Of a DNA stretch of 64,000 nucleotides, positions 1 through 17,345 are shown in pieces; the stretch's first letter is position 1; each line of letters opens with the position of its first letter. The notes under the pieces were generated by a model. That model was not told where the DNA came from. It did no database searches and saw nothing but the letters and a program-made list of their open reading frames with translations. The stretch spans positions 103,478,001 to 103,542,000 of the forward strand of contig OZ024741.1 of assembly GCA_964016885.1 (NCBI GenBank). Direction: 5' to 3'. The position numbers and the translations under genes are program-made. This DNA is from Eledone cirrhosa (lineage: Eukaryota).

Positions 1-312
1 AGCAGTTCTAAATCTAAGTACGTTTGTTTCTTTCCTGTTTCAAATACTAGATGCGCTTACCTGTTTAATGATGGTTAAAAGACTTTAAAATCTCCTCAAA
101 TGTTTAAAATAGTCATTCTAAATGGTTCTCAGACACAAACATTGAGTCATTGGACCTACGACAATGATTTGTGAAATTCTAAAATTTCCTTAAATTAAAT
201 CTGGCTTCAATGGAAGAAGCACCGCATAGGACTGCATTGTATACTCAACACGTATGTACATAAAAACATACGTACATATAAACATATATCCAGACAAACA
301 TGCACACGCACA

Positions 313-351
<39 letters not shown>

Positions 352-1741
352 GGGATATGCATATATATATATATGTGTGTGTGTGTGTATGTGTGTGTAT
401 GTATATATGTGTATGTATGCATGTATGTATGCTTATTTTGTATGTATACATATTTGTATGTGTATGTATGTGTGTGCGTGTATGTATATATATATGTATG
501 TGTGTGTGCGTGTGTGTGTGTATGTGTGATTGTGTGTGTACATATATGTATACATATTCGTTAATCACATGGTATCATCTGTTTAGAGCTTTTGATTTTG
601 AGTGAGTGAACGAAACGGTTGCCAGGGGCAACGGTGGTTAATTTTGGGGTCTTTTAAGTATTTTTCGCTCGATTTATTTCCGGGTTGGAGGCAAGATGGG
701 ATATTTTACAGCTCGATTACCTTCGTCTCGCTTTGGTAGTGAAGGGGGTAGTGATGTTTGGCAGGGTGATGATGGTTGTTGTGGTTGTGGTGGTTGGTGT
801 TGGTGGTAGTGGTAGAGGTGGGGGGGGGCTATGTTGGCGGCGGTATGTTGGTGGTGGTGGTGGCGGTGGTGGTGATGTAGGTATGTTGGTGGTGGTGTGT
901 GTTGATGGGGTTCGTGACGTGGTGGTTAGTGGGGAGTCGTGGTGGTGGTGGTGGTAGAGTTAGTAGGTGTTGATGTTCTTTTATTGTTGTTATTGTTGGC
1001 ACTTATTTATCTGATCGTGTTTGTAGATGATGTTGCATTTAATGCTGTTTTGGTAGCATTTTAGTCATGGTGGCGGGGCTTAACACATAACATCTACCAC
1101 ATGAAACTGCATTCGCAAGACATTCTTGAAAAGTACAAAACACCACTATGGCTGAATTACATTAAAAATTATAGTCTTAACTCTAATACAGCACATTTTC
1201 ACAATGTCCACTACTAGAGATACAATAAACAATTGAATTAACAAACTACACGAAACAACATTAGCAATACAGTATTATGACAACATCGCATTAAATATTA
1301 AAGTCTTTACTTTAGTTTACTGAAACTTTTCACTATTAAACATGCTATAAGCATTTGAATTAACAAGTCTGAATTTAGATATGTTCCGCTAAAACATTTC
1401 CAATGGTTATTTATTGATTTTCCTCTTGTCGTTGTTAGGTTGCTGTTGCTGATTTTAGCCCCTGGTCATCTCGGTTCGAATGGTCATATTTCATACATGT
1501 AGTCAACCAAACGACTAATATGCGTCGCTTTCCAAGGAACAAACAGCACACCCCGACATGCAATAAATTAATAGTACGTGGTGCAGTGTGACAGTGCAGA
1601 CATGTTACATCTCCCTGAATTGTCAAGTCTATTTCTGTGCACCTACAGAATTTGGTTGCGCATCACATCATCGCAGTTAAAGAATTGTATGGGAGGTACA
1701 GTGTGAAATTAAAACGAATTACACTCTATTCCAATTAATTA

Positions 1742-1930
1742 ATTGTTTCTACTTTTGGCACAAGGCCAGCAATTATCTCAGTGCATTACTGGTACTTTAT
1801 TTTATTGACCCCGTAAGGTGAAAGGCAAAGTTAACCTCGGCGGGATTTGAACTCAGATCATAAAGGGAGGTAACTCTTTGCTGCAAAGCATGGCGTCCGA
1901 CCCTCTACCGATACTGCCAATCCACCGCCA
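1742..1930 (-). mobile_element. tRNA-derived SINE, family A
   Basis: Head ggcggtggattggcag...ctgagttcaaatcccgcc (A/B-box-like), core aactttgcctttca(t)ccttacggggtc(g)ataaaataaagtaccagt, tail ttgctggccttgtgcc...agaaac. Confidence 0.88.
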
Positions 1931-3460
1931 ATCCACTGCCAATTAATTAATGGAGAATTTTGGGGAATTTACTAACGTTATTAATTATTTGATTTACTGG
2001 GATAGTCACATAATATGTGATTCTTATTACTTTCTCCTGTCTTCCTATCAATCTTTCGAGCCAACTCACTTCTAGACGCTGATTTGGGGTAATGTTTTAC
2101 CCAACGTCGCTTCGACGGCATTTTGCTGTTTTAACAGCTTTCTTACCCTGAGTTTTCCCATTTTTTTAGCAATCGACAAAAGTCCCAGACTTCATTTGCT
2201 TACCGTGTGGGGTGGAGCTCGCCAAATAGAACCAAGGAAACAATGTTTCCATTGGTATTTCCATTGCTGATACTACCTACCGATTGCAACTCCTGTTAGA
2301 AAAAGCAACGTGAAATAAAGCGTCATGCTGAAGGACAAAACGTATCACCCGGTCCGGGAAACGAACTCGCAACTTCAAGACTGCTAATCCAATTCTCTAA
2401 CTACAACGCCATGCACCTTCTCTTATATAATTACGTTGGAAGATTTTAATTTAAATAAGAACCCTATCAAGTGGATGGCTTTGTTTCATAGAACCAGGGG
2501 TAGTTTTGACTTGGTTGGTAACAAAGGGTTACGAATATCAACGACATCGATCTTTGCAGCGGGCCCGTGAGGATCTTGGGTACTGCTCCTTCTTCCAGGC
2601 GTCTGAGGGCCAGTGGAGACCAAGTGCAATATCTTCCTCCAGACTTAAAAGAAAAATCTCAATACATATAAACATTCATGTACACATTCATACATACACA
2701 TATACACGCATGCACATAGATACTTATGTACATATATACGCTAATACATACACATACATACATATATACACACACACATACATACACACACACACATTCG
2801 TACACATACATACATACACACATACATATGCACACATTCATTCATACACGCACATCCATACATATATACACACGCATACGCATACATACATTCATTCATA
2901 CATGGATACATACACACACGTAAACATACATACGTACATACCTATATATATATATGTGTGTGTGTGTGCGCGCGTGTGTGCATGTGTGTCTGTACCTGCG
3001 TGTGTTCCTTTATAAACACATACATACATGCATACATACATACATACATACATACACACACAGATACACTCATACATACACACATGCACTCATACATACA
3101 TACATACAAACATACAAACATACATACATACATACATACATACATACATACATACATACATACACACATACACACATACACACACACATGCGCTCATGCA
3201 CACATACATACATACATACATACATACATACATACATACATACATACATACATACAGGTTATATATGCCATTGTATGTTGGAGGCGTGACCCTCAATTCA
3301 TTAAATAGATCGTTTACCATTGAATTTCACGTCTTCAACGGTCCACCACGGTCGACTGACCAGGCTACACTGGCTAGCCCACCTACTAGCATACACACAC
3401 ACACACGTATACATATACACATATATACACATATATATATACATAGATATACACATATAT

Positions 3461-3491
<31 letters not shown>

Positions 3492-3832
3492 GATATATAT
3501 TCTCCAAAATATATTTATACACACTTCAAAAGCAATCTAATAAAAGTGTGTATACATTTTTGGGTGACACCCTGTATATACACATATATACACATATATA
3601 CTCGCGTACATATACATATGTAGACACACAGATATACACACACGTCGACACATTAATATAAATACATACCTATATAAATACATACATTCACACATTTAGA
3701 CACACACATTAACAATCGTGCAAACATAAATACACACAAACATAAGTATACATATATACAGATTAATAATTGTGTAAACACATAAACACACACGTACGCG
3801 CGCGCACGCACACGCACGCACGCACGCACGCA

Positions 3833-3916
<84 letters not shown>

Positions 3917-4508
3917 CAGACGCGCACAGATTAATAATGAATACACATGAATACACACTGACGTAAATGCATACACAGACGCGCAAACATACACTCACAC
4001 ACACCCACACACAAGATGAAAATTCACACGCTCACTTCTTTGTGCACTCACTGACACACATACAGACACACGCCTAAACATTCACAATACAAAAATTGAA
4101 ATTAAACGGATTTCCGTTGGTTTCGACGATGAGTGTTCCACACCTATACACAAATGAGAAAGTATTTAACGCTTCGGCACACTACTATAATGATGTTCTT
4201 TCTAGAAGTGGCTTATAGAAATTATATTGTACATGGATACCTAAACCTGAACCGAGAAACATTACAGTTCATAAGAACAAGTCTCTCCGATTTTATTCTC
4301 TTTTGATAACGGGATAGGGACTCCGAAATATAATGAAATATAATGAAATATAAAGTAAAAAATAATTGTTGTTTTAATTTCGTCTATTTACTTTACTCTA
4401 GCTCCACCATTGCATTTCCTATTCACATTGTATAGGCTTTCCCGAAGAATCTTAACATCACACGCACACGCTCTCATGTATGTATATATATAGATACATA
4501 CATATGTA

Positions 4509-7664
<3,156 letters not shown>

Positions 7665-7674
7665 TATATGTATG

Positions 7675-7764
<90 letters not shown>

Positions 7765-7823
7765 TATAGGTATATATATATATACATACATATATATATA
7801 TGTGTGTGTGTGTGCCTCTGTGT

Positions 7824-7864
<41 letters not shown>

Positions 7865-8157
7865 TGAGTGTGTGTGCGTGTGTGTATGTGTGTGTATGTG
7901 TGTGTAGGTGAGATACCACTTGTATGTTACACTCGAATTCATATAACGCATTGTATTGTATTATATTGTATTTTATTGCATTGTGTAGTTTACATTTTAC
8001 TGTATCGTACTTTCGTGAACTGCAATGAACTGTACCGAACCATACTAAACTATACTGAACTTTGTTGGCCTCTTATATTTTACTACTCTTTTGTGACAAT
8101 TACAGAAATCATTATCATAATTTATTATTATTATTTGTTGTTGTTGTTGCTGTTATA

Positions 8158-8590
8158 GGGTGGTGGATTGGTAGTATCGGTAAAGGCGGCATATAGCTAT
8201 GTCCCTTTATGTTCTGAGTTCAAATCCCGCCGAGGTTAACTTTGCCTTTCATCCTTAGGTCGATAAAATAAAGTACCAGTAATGCACTGGGTTCGATTTA
8301 ATCAACTTCCCTTCTCCCCAAATTGCTGGCCTTATGCCTATATAAGAAACCATTATTATTATTATTTGTTATTGTTGTTGTTATAGAGCGGTGGATTGGT
8401 AGTATCGGTAAAGGTGGCATATAGTTACGTCCCTTTACGTTCTGAGTTCAAATTCTGCCGCGGTTATATTTGCCTTTCAACCTTACGGGGGTTGATAAAA
8501 TAAAGTACCAGTAATGCACTGGGGTCAATTTAATCGACTTTCCCCTCCCTTTCAAATTGCTGGCCTTGTACCTATAGTAGAAACAATTAT
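8158..8590 (+). mobile_element. Two tandem SINE family A copies
   Basis: Copies at about 8158-8350 and 8388-8588 with the same head, core and tail. Confidence 0.88.
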
Positions 8591-8671
8591 TTTCTTACAA
8601 ATGTTCCCATGTATTTGTTTCCTGTTTCATCAGATTCACACATGTCATGTTTTAGCTATTACAACACCATT

Positions 8672-9025
8672 CCATCATCATCATCATCAGGTCGAGCTTG
8701 CTCGGCTTTCTACGACACGTTTCCTCCATCCATCTCTGTCTCTCATAGCGTTTGCCAGTTCTTCCGCAGTGCATCCAGTATCGTACTCAAGTTGCTTGTC
8801 GTATGTCTTCTTGGGACGACCAGCGTTTCTTGCTCCATGAGATGGACTCCATAACAACACATCACCTGCTATTTCTTCCTTGCTGCGCCAACAGTGGCCA
8901 GAAAATCTGAGTCTCTGTCCACGTATTGACCTGCTGATAGGTGGTATATTGCCATAGAGATCCTTATTTGTTGGGTGTTCCCTCCAAGACACGTTTAAAG
9001 CAGCGCGGAGCATACGTGTGTATGT
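8672..9025 (-). mobile_element. 5'-truncated RTE-clade LINE 3' end
   Basis: MLRAALNVSWREHPTNKDLYG...RLRFSGHCWR...GRPKKTY...AMRDRDGWRKRV, followed by a (GAT)n tail. Confidence 0.88.
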
Positions 9026-9157
9026 CTAGCTTTTTCTCCAGTTTCGACGTTTAGCTTTTTCTCCAGTTTCAACTAAATTAATTCTTACTAAAGAAGACTT
9101 AATATATTACAGTTGTGCCTAAATCAGAAACAATTATTATTATTTTATAATAGTTTA

Positions 9158-9780
9158 GGGCGGTGGATTGGCAGAATCGGTAGAGATTTGCAGCATAGAG
9201 CTATGGCCCTTTACGTTCTGACTTCAAATCCCGCTGAGGTTAACTTTGCCTTTCATCCTTAACGGGTCGATAAAATAAAACACCAGTAACACTGCAGTCG
9301 ATTTAATCGACTTTCCTCTCTCTTTCAAATTGCTGGCCTTGTGCCTATACTAGAAACAATTATTTAATAATAGTTTATTATTTTTATTTATTTCTGATTT
9401 TTTTATATGGCTGAAATTAATTTAAAAACAAGAAAAATACAAAATAACCAAATCACAAATATATTGTTCATGTGTTCGTTGTTTTCCCGCTTAGCATGTT
9501 CATGTTCGTTTTTCTTTTTCTATTCCTGTTATATTTGCAGTCGTCTATTTAGTTTTATATATTTCTATTTGGGCGGTGTATTGACAGTATCGGTAGAGTG
9601 TCGGACGCCATGTATAGAGTTACGGCCCTCTGTGATCTGAGTTCAAATCCCGCCGAGGTTAACTTTGCCTTTCATCCTTACGGGGTCGATAAAATAAAGT
9701 ACCCGTCACGCACTGGGGTCGATTTAATCGACTTTCCCCTCCCCCAAAAGATTGCTGGCCTTGTGCCTATATAAGAAACC
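9158..9780 (+). mobile_element. Two SINE family A copies (about 9158-9360 and 9570-9780)
   Basis: Same consensus as above. Confidence 0.88.
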
Positions 9781-10090
9781 ATATATTTCTTCTATTTTTT
9801 AAACTTCTTTTCGTTTGTTTGAAAAAATAAAACATTAATGCAACTGATTCTTCATTTTTATTTCACAGATACAAAGAGAGGAGTGGACGAAGTTGTGAGA
9901 CGTAATGACGTTCATTCCCCACCCGCCAACGATTATAAGTGAAAAAGGAAAAAGGAAAGGAGCTGATTGTTTGATCGGACCAAAGGAAACTATATTGTCT
10001 TTTCATTTTCTGTATTATCTACCAGTCTCAACACCTGACAGACGTCTCACTGTTAATATATATATACCTCTGTTTGTTGTCTCCTTGAAC

Positions 10091-10177
<87 letters not shown>

Positions 10178-10179
<2 letters not shown>

Positions 10180-11330
10180 GCAAAAGGTATACTCAAAAGG
10201 TTTTGAGATTTTGCTACCCATCATACAAGTCTTGTCCCAATGCAGTCGAGACGTGAAGACAATTTGGAGGCTCGATATGCAAAAAAGGTCTGTGTCAAGC
10301 TCGGCAAAAACGCTACAGAAACCAATGAAATGATCAAAACTGCTTACGGACTTACTTTCATGTGCCGGGTGACTGTTTTCCTCTGGTACAAGAGGATCCA
10401 GGGGGACAGGGAACAGGTGAGAGACGATGAGAGATGTGACAGGGAGAGGAATATCAGGAAACCAAGTTGGTCAACAAAATTCGCAAATTTCTGGACGAGC
10501 ACGCTAATGCAACTCTTTTGACAATTGCTAAACAATTTGTAGTGGCTGAGATCACTGTGCACAGAGTCATTCATGACACTCTGAACATGCGCAAAGTTTG
10601 TTTCCAATGTGCTCAATGAAGACCAAAGACAGAAGCACATTGATGACAGCAGGAAGGTGGTCAAGTGGATCGCTTCGAATCTAAGTGTCCTTATGTCTCT
10701 GGTAACCTGTAACAAGAGCTGGGTCTACTGTTATGATCCAGAGACCAAGAGACAGAGTGCCCAGTGGAAACATTCTGACTCCCCAAGACCCAAGAAAGCC
10801 AGGTCCACTGGGAAGCTCATGATGATCCCATTCCTCGACAGTAAGGGCATCAAATATATTTATTGGGTCCCCCACGGTCAAACAGTCAGCAAAGAGTACT
10901 ATGTAGAGGTTTTGAGGCAGTTCAGAAAGGGATGTCGTCGCGTGAGACCAGAGCTTTCAAGTCTGGTCAGTGGCAGCTGCACCAGGACAATGCCCCCTAC
11001 CATAAATCCACTTTGGTGACCAACTACTTGGCCGATATGTGGATCAAGACTGTTCCTCATCCCCACTACAGTTCAGACTTAGCCCCCTGCGACTTCTCCA
11101 AAGCTGAAGGAGAAGCTCAGGGCTAACCGTTTTGAGGATGTGGAGGAGATGAAGGAGGCTGTGACAAGTGCCCGGATACGTTCACTTTGGAGGACTACAT
11201 GTGGGCCTTCCAGAAGTGGCTGGAGCTCTACAACAAGTGCATTGAAGTTAGAGGGTCCTACTTTAAAGGATATTAGAGATTTGTGTTGAGCTGAGTTAAA
11301 TAAATGTCTGTGGAGCTTGTGAAAAGACAA
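10178..11330 (+). pseudogene. Decayed mariner (DD34D-type) transposon
   Basis: Frameshifted fragments: CVKLGKNATET (HTH), WVYCYDPETKRQSAQWK, LHQDNAPYH, PHPHYSSDLAPCDF (YSPDLAP motif). Confidence 0.93.
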
Positions 11331-11526
11331 GGTTATATGTGCAATAGGTATCGCTAGATAGGAAGGAAATATAGAAACTTTCCTCCAAAAGGGAGGGAGA
11401 AATAAAAAGAATTAAAACAACACGATAGTAGTTATCGCGCAAGGGAACGATAGTTAAATGAAATCAATTACCAGTTTTGATAAATATTAGCAAATATGCA
11501 CATGGAAATAAACGGACATAAATAAT

Positions 11527-11742
11527 GATTTCTACTATGAACACAAGGCCAGCAATTTGGGGGGGAGGGTACAGTAGATTAAATCAATCCTAGTGCATTA
11601 CTGGTGCTTTATTTATCGACCCCGTAAGGATGAAAGGCAAAGCTAACCACGGCGGGATTCGAACTCAGAACGTAAATGACCGTAACTCTATGCTGCAACG
11701 CATATTGTCCGACGCTCTATTAATACTGCAAATCCACCGCCC
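11527..11742 (-). mobile_element. SINE family A
   Basis: Same consensus as above. Confidence 0.88.
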
Positions 11743-11878
11743 TCAAAAACGGGCATAAATGATAAACGAATGAAAGGATCTATTCTCCTCTTCAACACAC
11801 AGCCACACCAGGAAGTACAATTTCGTACATTGGAGTAGGATTATGGTATTATTGCCAGGTTGTACACAAAAACACACC

Positions 11879-11967
<89 letters not shown>

Positions 11968-12489
11968 ATGTGTGCGTGAATGTGCGTGTGTATCAGAAAA
12001 GGAACAAATCGTCAGGCTCGAGCAAGGAAACTCTGTTTTCATTGGTTTTTCCAATGTTGATATTATTTGACTGTTGCAACTCCTGACAGAAACATTACGA
12101 TTTTCATGGTGACAGAAGGCGGAACTTGACCTCATTACGCACAAAGCCGGTACAGATACCGCAAAGCCTCCCATTTGACTCTTTTAACAGTTCTTCCAAT
12201 CCACTGCTATCGTGAATTGGTATTAGTACTTTATTTGTTGACCCAGAAAAGATAAAGACCCAAAGTGCCAACGAATAGATTTGATCTTAGAGCGTAGAAA
12301 GCCGGAACAAATACTGAGGTATTTAATCTTCCAATTAATTTAACAACACTGCCAACGCACCGTTAATCAATTGAAATAAATTTTTTTTAAATTAAAGAGG
12401 TGCTTATAACCATACTTGACTGTTCAATAATTACCACACATTTGTTTTTATTATGCTTTATTTGTTTATTAACTATATTTTACATTTTG

Positions 12490-12722
12490 GCGGCAGACGT
12501 TGATCTGCAAATGTTCTGACTGGGCACAATGCCAGCCGCATCATTTCGCAGGTCTGGGATGGGAGGACCTTGAAAGTATGCATGGACAATCTCTTTCGAA
12601 CATTGGACCGATTAGGATCTGGTTCATCATAAGGCGGGCCGTACTACTAACACATTCAAAGCAATTTTGAAATTAGGCGGGCCATTCAGCGAGCCAAACG
12701 GGCCGCAGTTTTCCCATGACTG
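12490..12722. mobile_element. hAT MITE right-end fragment
   Basis: Ends ...gggccgcagttttcccatgactg, matching the TIR of 38797-39105. Left boundary uncertain. Confidence 0.55.
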
Positions 12723-12881
12723 CGTTAAAGGTTCATTCTTACCCCTCTGTGACTAACTTATGATGAAAAAGGAATATATTTTATACATGCATGCAGACGG
12801 ACAAATACACACACACATATATATATACATATATGTTTATTTTAATTATACCGTATGTCTTTAGAAATACGAAATTCCAAT

Positions 12882-12941
<60 letters not shown>

Positions 12942-13221
12942 TGATGTGCACACATACATATATATGTGTGTGTGTGTGTGTACGTATGCGTATATATACA
13001 TACACACACATATATTGACTAGTAACACTGTCGCAATCACCGAAGTCTGCGAAATATTTGTGTTCAATTCTGCAACATTTATGCAAAAGAAATTGTCAAT
13101 TCTCTGCAATTGTGGTACCCCAGCATGGCCACAATCAATGTGCTGGAACAGATGAAAGAGAAAAAAGAGTAATTGAATAATGTTTCTTTTTCTTTTACCA
13201 GACACGATACATTGATAATAA

Positions 13222-13830
13222 CTGTTTCTACTTTAGGCACAAGGCCGGCAATTTGAAGGTGAGGGGAAATTCGATTAAATCGACCCCAGTGTATTACTGG
13301 TGCTTCATTTTATCAACTCTGTAAGGATGAAAGGCAGAGCTAATCACGGCGGGATTTGAACCCGCGACATAAATGGCCATAACTCTATGCCGCGAAACAT
13401 AGTGTCAGACGTTCTACCGATACTGCCAATACATTGATAATAATTGTTTCTACTTTTTGGCACAAGACCAGCAATAAACCAGTGCATTACTGGTACTTTA
13501 TTTTATCGACCCCGTAAGGATGAAAAACAAAGTTAACCTCGGTGGGATTCGAACTCAGAATGGCAAGGGCCGTAACTCTATGCGTCAAAGCATGGCGTCC
13601 GACCCTTTACCGATACTGCCAATCCACCAATGAATTCTAATTAAAGCACAATGCCATAAATTTGTGGAGAATGAAAAATCCATTATAACGACCCTGGTAT
13701 TTTACTGCTACTTTATTTTATCGGCCCCGAAAGGCTGAAAGGCAAACCTGACTGCGACAGCATTTGAACTCAGAACTCAAAAGAAGTAACTAAATACCGC
13801 TAAGCATCTTATCTGACGCATTACTAACCC
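13222..13830 (-). mobile_element. Cluster of three SINE family A or related copies
   Basis: Copies at about 13222-13430, 13444-13628 and an older one at 13640-13830. Confidence 0.85.
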
Positions 13831-13949
13831 AACACTCTCTAAATAGTTTAATAATAATACAAAAAAATAAAACATTAAATAAAAGTTTATTTCAATTTTT
13901 TTAAAACCATTTTTTCTATAAATTATTAAGATTTTTTGAATTCGTAATT

Positions 13950-14056
13950 TTCTTCTTCTCCTTCTCCTTCTTCTTCTTCTTCTTCTTCTTCTTCTTCTTC
14001 TTCTTCTTCTTCTTCTTCTTCTTCTTCTTCTGCTTCTTCTTTTTCTTCTTCTTTCT
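13950..14056. repeat. (TTC)n microsatellite
   Basis: Directly visible. Confidence 0.95.
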
Positions 14057-14403
14057 TATTTTGCATTAAAAAAACCGAAAAAAAAAATAATCGCATAATA
14101 TCGCATACATATTATAGTCCCAGACATAAATTTGCTTATTTCTAGACAGAATTTGCATATTTTCAAACAGAATTTACATATTCCTTCCGTGAAATGTTAT
14201 GCTTTAGTCATTTTGTTATTCTTTTTGCAACTCATTGTATTGGTAAATTCTTTATAATTAGTACCTGCAACGTCTCATTATTAAATTTCTTCTTCATATG
14301 ATAAAATAAACGTTTTGACAAACGTTTATTATCAAAAATGTCAAAATTGTTTGAACATGTATTCAAATGTTGTAGTTGCTATTGTTGATGTTGGTATTGG
14401 GAT

Positions 14404-14452
<49 letters not shown>

Positions 14453-14641
14453 GACAGAGAGAGAGTTTGTGAGTATGTATGTGTCTATGTAAGTGAGTGT
14501 GCGTCTATGTAAGTGAGTGTATGTGTTTAATGCGTCGAAATACCAACGATAATCAGCAGACTACTGATGAGGACATTTTATCTCTTGGTCTATTTTTATT
14601 CATATGTTCATGTTCGCAACAACGCAATACGCCATTCTTCA

Positions 14642-14644
<3 letters not shown>

Positions 14645-14708
<64 letters not shown>

Positions 14709-14787
14709 TTATACATATACAGTTTTAGATGTATGTGTAAGTATATATGAATATATATATGCGCATACATACATATATATATGTATG

Positions 14788-14821
<34 letters not shown>

Positions 14822-14840
14822 CACACTCTATGTCTGTGTG

Positions 14841-14872
<32 letters not shown>

Positions 14873-14904
14873 TACATATACACACGCACACCCACACACT
14901 CTCT

Positions 14905-14963
<59 letters not shown>

Positions 14964-15024
14964 CTGTGTTTGTATGTATATATATATGTGTGTGTGTGTG
15001 TATTTGTATGTATATATATATATG

Positions 15025-15071
<47 letters not shown>

Positions 15072-15127
15072 TACATACATACATATATATATGTGTGTGT
15101 GAGAGTGCGTGGGTGTGCGTGTGTATA

Positions 15128-15208
<81 letters not shown>

Positions 15209-15488
15209 AATCACACGCAAATACATATTTATTGCTTGCTGATCGCATAGTGTGGTAGTTGTTATCGGACTGTGAGAGGAGTGGTGAGGGTTATGGTGGT
15301 GGTGACAGGGGTGGTGGTAGTGTACTGGATGATGGGTGCCGCTCTTTGGGGCTATTGGAGACACACACATACGCACACATATATATGTATACATCTATAT
15401 CAATGTAGAATTGTACACACATGCACGCGCACACACTCATATATTTACGTGTGTGCGTGTATGTATGTATGTGTGGTGTGTGCGTGTG

Positions 15489-15520
<32 letters not shown>

Positions 15521-15521
15521 C

Positions 15522-15574
<53 letters not shown>

Positions 15575-15575
15575 T

Positions 15576-15660
<85 letters not shown>

Positions 15661-15661
15661 T

Positions 15662-15748
<87 letters not shown>
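14645..15748. repeat. Compound (TA)n/(TG)n/(CA)n microsatellite block, representative of dozens in the window
   Basis: Directly visible. Similar blocks at about 300-550, 2660-4010, 7665-7905, 23340-23730, 37030-37285, 47255-47810 and 59320-59570. Confidence 0.95.
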
Positions 15749-15750
<2 letters not shown>

Positions 15751-15992
15751 CGTTTCTGAATTTCTGAATTTGTTTAGCAAGATTCTTTATCTGAAAACGT
15801 GTGTTGAAACCGATATTGTTATACTTTGGAAGGGTCATGTTGCCAATAAGAAACACACGCACCACAACCAGATTGTTTATATATTGTCAAAGTTCTTTCG
15901 TCACACATTCTGTGACCTCTTCAGTGACTGGGGATTCTTTTCTTTGTTTTTTTGTGCCACTACTTTGTTCTGCCCTACGCCATCTTGTTTTT
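15751..15992 (-). mobile_element. Solo pLTR fragment of the Penelope-like family
   Basis: Matches 32114-32425 with an internal deletion. Abuts a long (TA)n tract. Confidence 0.85.
15886..15928 (-). ncRNA. Hammerhead motif in a solo pLTR copy
   Basis: Same sequence as 32323-32365. Confidence 0.72.
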
Positions 15993-16034
15993 ACAAAAAA
16001 CAAGATGGCGTTTATCGTTTTCGGTGCACCCAGC

Positions 16035-16380
16035 CGATTAACCCACTCGATATGCAAATTGGGCTACTAAACCGTTAATATGCATATGGAAAGTATATAC
16101 TTTCGGACGTTCAACTATCTGGCAGAAGGTATACGTTGCTGACGATAGCTAACAAGCTTGAAACTAGTACAGCGTTCCTTTGTCAGTGTTGAACAAACGA
16201 GCAACGGTGGTTGCTAGACACTACGGCTTAATACGGGATGTTTGTTTACAAACACACCGAGCATTATAATAAATGTTTGGTGAATCCATACGTACATATA
16301 TATGTGTGCATGTATGTATATATATATATACATACTACTGTACGTCTGTATACATATATGTATGTACGTATACATACTTA
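16035..16380 (+). mobile_element. Non-coding hammerhead-bearing repeat (pLTR/retrozyme-like), copy 1
   Basis: About 340 nt homologous in inverted orientation to 18895-19215. Carries the 16133 hammerhead and ends in TA-rich microsatellite. Confidence 0.7.
16133..16175 (+). ncRNA. Minimal type I hammerhead motif with palindromic stem III
   Basis: ACGUUG-CUGACGA-UAGCU(AACA)AGCUU-GAAA-CUAG-UA-CAGCGU. Contains the ACUAGU palindrome. Confidence 0.78.
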
Positions 16381-16438
<58 letters not shown>

Positions 16439-17188
16439 AAAATATTTAACCCCGACGGCACAGCTCAAGTCGTTTCGACGGCTATTTCTGTCGAAACGGC
16501 TTGAGCTCTGCCGTCGGGTTTAAACCTTTTCCTATTACCCACTCTTCTACCCTAAGTATTGAGTACTCTGGTGCGTTATGGTCCATCGTTAGGTAGACGC
16601 CTGCCATCATCCACTTTTCTAAAAAAAACAAATCATACACAAAACGCCAGCACAAACAGTTTTGCAAGAGATGTCAACATGAATGGACCTGTTTTTTTTA
16701 TCTAAAGACATTTTTTCCAATTCCAACCCGGCCGTCTCCTCAATCTATTTTATTTCTCATTCTTTCTTCTGGTGAAGGACTAGCGTCCTAAACGTTAAGA
16801 CCCTCTTCCTGCTATATCAAGCGTTAACCTAATATATCCCTTCCATATACTGTACCGATTGTGTTGTTATTTCTGTTTACCTTTTACATACATATATATA
16901 TATAGGGATTCGCGTCTACAACACGCACCTGAGCCACCCATCTGGGAAACGGTCGTAACTCAACCTAATCAATTGAAACCTTAATTGAAACCTCGTTTTG
17001 TTCTTTATACACACACGCACGCGCGTACGCACACACACACACACATACACATACACACACATATATATATATATGCATATTTATGGGGGTGTATTTAGTT
17101 TTATATATATATATATATATATTGAACTTCAACTTGGATATCTTTTCGCATCATTGAATTATTTTCTGTGCTTTAATTTCTCATTCTT

Positions 17189-17253
17189 TTTTCTGATGAA
17201 GGACTAGCATCCGAAACGTTGAGACCCTCTTCCTGCTATTTCAAGCGTTAAAC
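17189..17253 (+). ncRNA. Hammerhead motif (CUGAUGA-AGGA...UCC-GAAACGUU)
   Basis: Core CUGAUGA at 17193 and GAAA at 17213, stem II GGA/UCC, ACGU palindrome. Stem I is weak (U-rich). A degenerate copy lies at 16769-16800. Confidence 0.65.
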
Positions 17254-17292
17254 TAATACAAACTAATATATTCTTTCCATATACTGTGCTGT

Positions 17293-17345
<53 letters not shown>

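Noticed and set aside
207-4010. Numerous HT/YI/CV-rich ORFs here and throughout the window
   Set aside because: Translations of (CA)n, (TA)n and (TG)n microsatellites.
4300-4345. UUGAUAA...GGA/UCC-GAAA hammerhead-like trace; similar trace at 13023-13065
   Set aside because: The core is mutated or deleted and the helices are too weak to distinguish from chance.
9570-9660. tRNA-like A/B boxes
   Set aside because: These are SINE heads, not cloverleaf tRNA genes.
14530-14580. GAAA...CUGAUGA arrangement resembling a type II hammerhead
   Set aside because: No convincing stems I, II or III can be formed.
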